DNA of 64,000 bases from Vicinamibacterales bacterium. Its GTDB lineage: Bacteria; Acidobacteriota; Vicinamibacteria; Vicinamibacterales; UBA2999. The notes beneath the pieces were generated by a model. It saw only the letters and a list, made by a program, of their open reading frames with translations, made no database searches and was not told the DNA's origin. Position 1 is the first letter of the stretch; each line of letters opens with the position of its first letter. The DNA lies in NCBI GenBank assembly GCA_965249205.1, contig CBDFLL010000002.1, positions 170,810 through 234,809 of the forward strand, written 5' to 3'. Shown in pieces: positions 62,376 to 64,000 of this stretch. The position numbers and the translations under genes were made by a program.

Positions 62376-63632
62376 TCAGCGGCCCAGAACATCAGCATAG
62401 ACCGAAGCCACTGAACGGGCCATGGCTGACGTGGTGAAAACGCTCGCGGCTCTGCTCTGCCCGGCCCGGCCCATACTGGACCTCTTGTCCGAATCGTTCA
62501 GAAGTGTCATCAGCGCCGCCGCAAGGTCCGTCGGACGGCCTGGCTCGACCAGCAGTCCGGTGACCCCGTCGTCGATGACCTCTGGAATCCCTCCAACCCT
62601 GGAACCTACGCACGGCAGGCCCGAGGCCATCGCCTCTGCCATGACGAGCCCGAGCGCTTCCGCTCGCCCCTGAGCATCGACCACGCCGGGGTGCACGAAG
62701 AGATCGGCGTCGGCCATGAGACCGGCGACTTCATCACGAGCCAGGGCACCCAGGAAATGGATCCGATCGCCCCCGGGTATCTCAACAGCCATCGCCCTGA
62801 GCTCCTCGCGGAGGGGGCCGTCACCCGCGATCATGAAATGGATGGCGGCTCCCGTGCTCAGGACGGTGGCAGCCGCCTTCAGAAGCACGTCGAGCCCCTT
62901 GACCGGAATCATGCGCGCCACCGCGACGACGAGTAGCGCGTCGGCGGAAAGTCCCAGTCGAGCGCGAATACCGCCGGGTTGGTGAGCGCCGTGAAACAGC
63001 GCGTCATCGATGCCCTGATAGCAGACCTGGCCCCGAAGTCGGCAACCCTGCTGCTCGACCTGATTCATGGTGAAACGGCTGATGAACAAGACCCGGTCTG
63101 CCGAACTGAGCGCCCGCCTGTGAAACCACCGAAGCCGGGGAGGCGCCGAGGGTACCGACAGCACGAGCGGCCGTCGCGAGACCGCGTTCGCCGCGCCGGC
63201 TATGAACCCTACCTCGATCCAATGCGCGTGTAGCAGATCGCACTTTGGCAGCATCCGCAACACATTCCAGCCCATGGCCCCGACGAGACCTGGCACTTGT
63301 CGTCGCGCACCCTGCACTCGACGTAGGTTGTCCGGAATGCCATAGCCGTAGGCGAGGCACTGACGGTCCGCCCGAAGAGCGTATTGGAACCTCCGGACGT
63401 TTACGCCCCGAAAGTGTTCCTCGCGAGCCAGACCATGCTCATGAGGCGCGATGACGGTGACCTCAATTCCGTGATCGGCGTGCAGCTTCTCCGCCAGGTC
63501 AGCAACAAAGTGAGGGGTATGGTCCCCGTCGAATCTCGGATACGTCGTCGCGACAAAGGTCACGCGAAGCCCCCTGAGATCCCTCTCCGGATGGATGTGG
63601 GAATCGGCCTGCGGCTCGGTACTCGACGGCAT
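62376..63632 (-). CDS. glycosyltransferase family 4
   Basis: 418 aa with a C-terminal GT1/GT4 EX7E-type region (EALGLVMAEAMASGLPCVGSRVGGIPEVI). Confidence 0.85.
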   Translation of the reverse strand: MPSSTEPQADSHIHPERDLRGLRVTFVATTYPRFDGDHTPHFVADLAEKLHADHGIEVTVIAPHEHGLAREEHFRGVNVRRFQYALRADRQCLAYGYGIPDNLRRVQGARRQVPGLVGAMGWNVLRMLPKCDLLHAHWIEVGFIAGAANAVSRRPLVLSVPSAPPRLRWFHRRALSSADRVLFISRFTMNQVEQQGCRLRGQVCYQGIDDALFHGAHQPGGIRARLGLSADALLVVAVARMIPVKGLDVLLKAAATVLSTGAAIHFMIAGDGPLREELRAMAVEIPGGDRIHFLGALARDEVAGLMADADLFVHPGVVDAQGRAEALGLVMAEAMASGLPCVGSRVGGIPEVIDDGVTGLLVEPGRPTDLAAALMTLLNDSDKRSSMGRAGQSRAASVFTTSAMARSVASVYADVLGR

Positions 63633-63820
63633 CAGCCGCCCTTCTGGTTCAGACGCGAATGGATCATGTACTTTCGTTCGGGTCGATGATTCCTACCACA
63701 ACTTCGGGGATGTTGATCCCGCGACTCCCGCGCGCCGCTGATCGTAGCCGATGCACGTAACTGGCTCGAACGGAGATTCGCAGCTTGCAAGTACCCTACA
63801 AGGCAACAGACCTACTGAAT

Positions 63821-64000
63821 ATGAGCGCTGATAGCCTGCCTCCGCCCGACGTGTCGGTCGTCATTCCCTGTTACAACGGACTGTCAACCATCGAACCGTG
63901 CCTGGATAGCGTCCGTCAGGCGGTGGACGGCAGACACGCCGAAACCATTCTGATCGACAGCTCGGAGGATGGCACCGACCAATTCGTCGCGACCAACTAC
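63821..64000 (+). CDS. glycosyltransferase family 2 (5' part; runs off the right edge)
   Basis: MSADSLPPPDVSVVIPCYNGLSTIEPCLDSV...ILIDSSEDGT is a typical GT2 N-terminus. Confidence 0.75.
   Translation, partial: MSADSLPPPDVSVVIPCYNGLSTIEPCLDSVRQAVDGRHAETILIDSSEDGTDQFVATNY

Overview
High-GC bacterial chromosomal segment, mostly minus-strand genes. Gene content suggests an Acidobacteriota-like soil bacterium: EgtB/EgtD, BshA/BshB1, a DUF1800/DUF1501 pair, two M61-PDZ peptidases and an ECF sigma/anti-sigma pair. That taxonomic guess is inference only. Housekeeping genes include purEK, icd, hemH, pfk, gltX, queG, tRNA-Ser(GCU) and tRNA-Gln(CUG). There is also a TetR-controlled RND efflux operon, a vapBC module and the edge of a polysaccharide cluster.

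Mobile DNA: one IS5-family element and two near-identical IS1595-family copies. One IS1595 copy cleanly splits an NHL-repeat gene; the other sits beside the tetR operator.

Most interesting loci:
1. A lone 1043-aa SEFIR/TIR - NB-ARC - TPR (NLR-like STAND) gene between convergent yajD and purK. It is bracketed by two inverted ~260-bp MITE-like repeat units, so it is a candidate mobile defence cassette.
2. A bacterial tubulin-tyrosine-ligase-like ATP-grasp gene. It lies next to a secreted IPT + collagen-repeat protein whose C-terminus is a tubulin-like polyacidic tail.
3. Several decayed genes: an in-frame TGA in an O-antigen-ligase/TPR gene, a ctaD relic, a frameshifted FAD oxidase and a truncated MBOAT/SGNH pair.
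4. A ~130-bp diverged direct repeat bracketing a methyltransferase gene.

All calls rest on hand translation, motif recognition and hand alignment. No database search was run.
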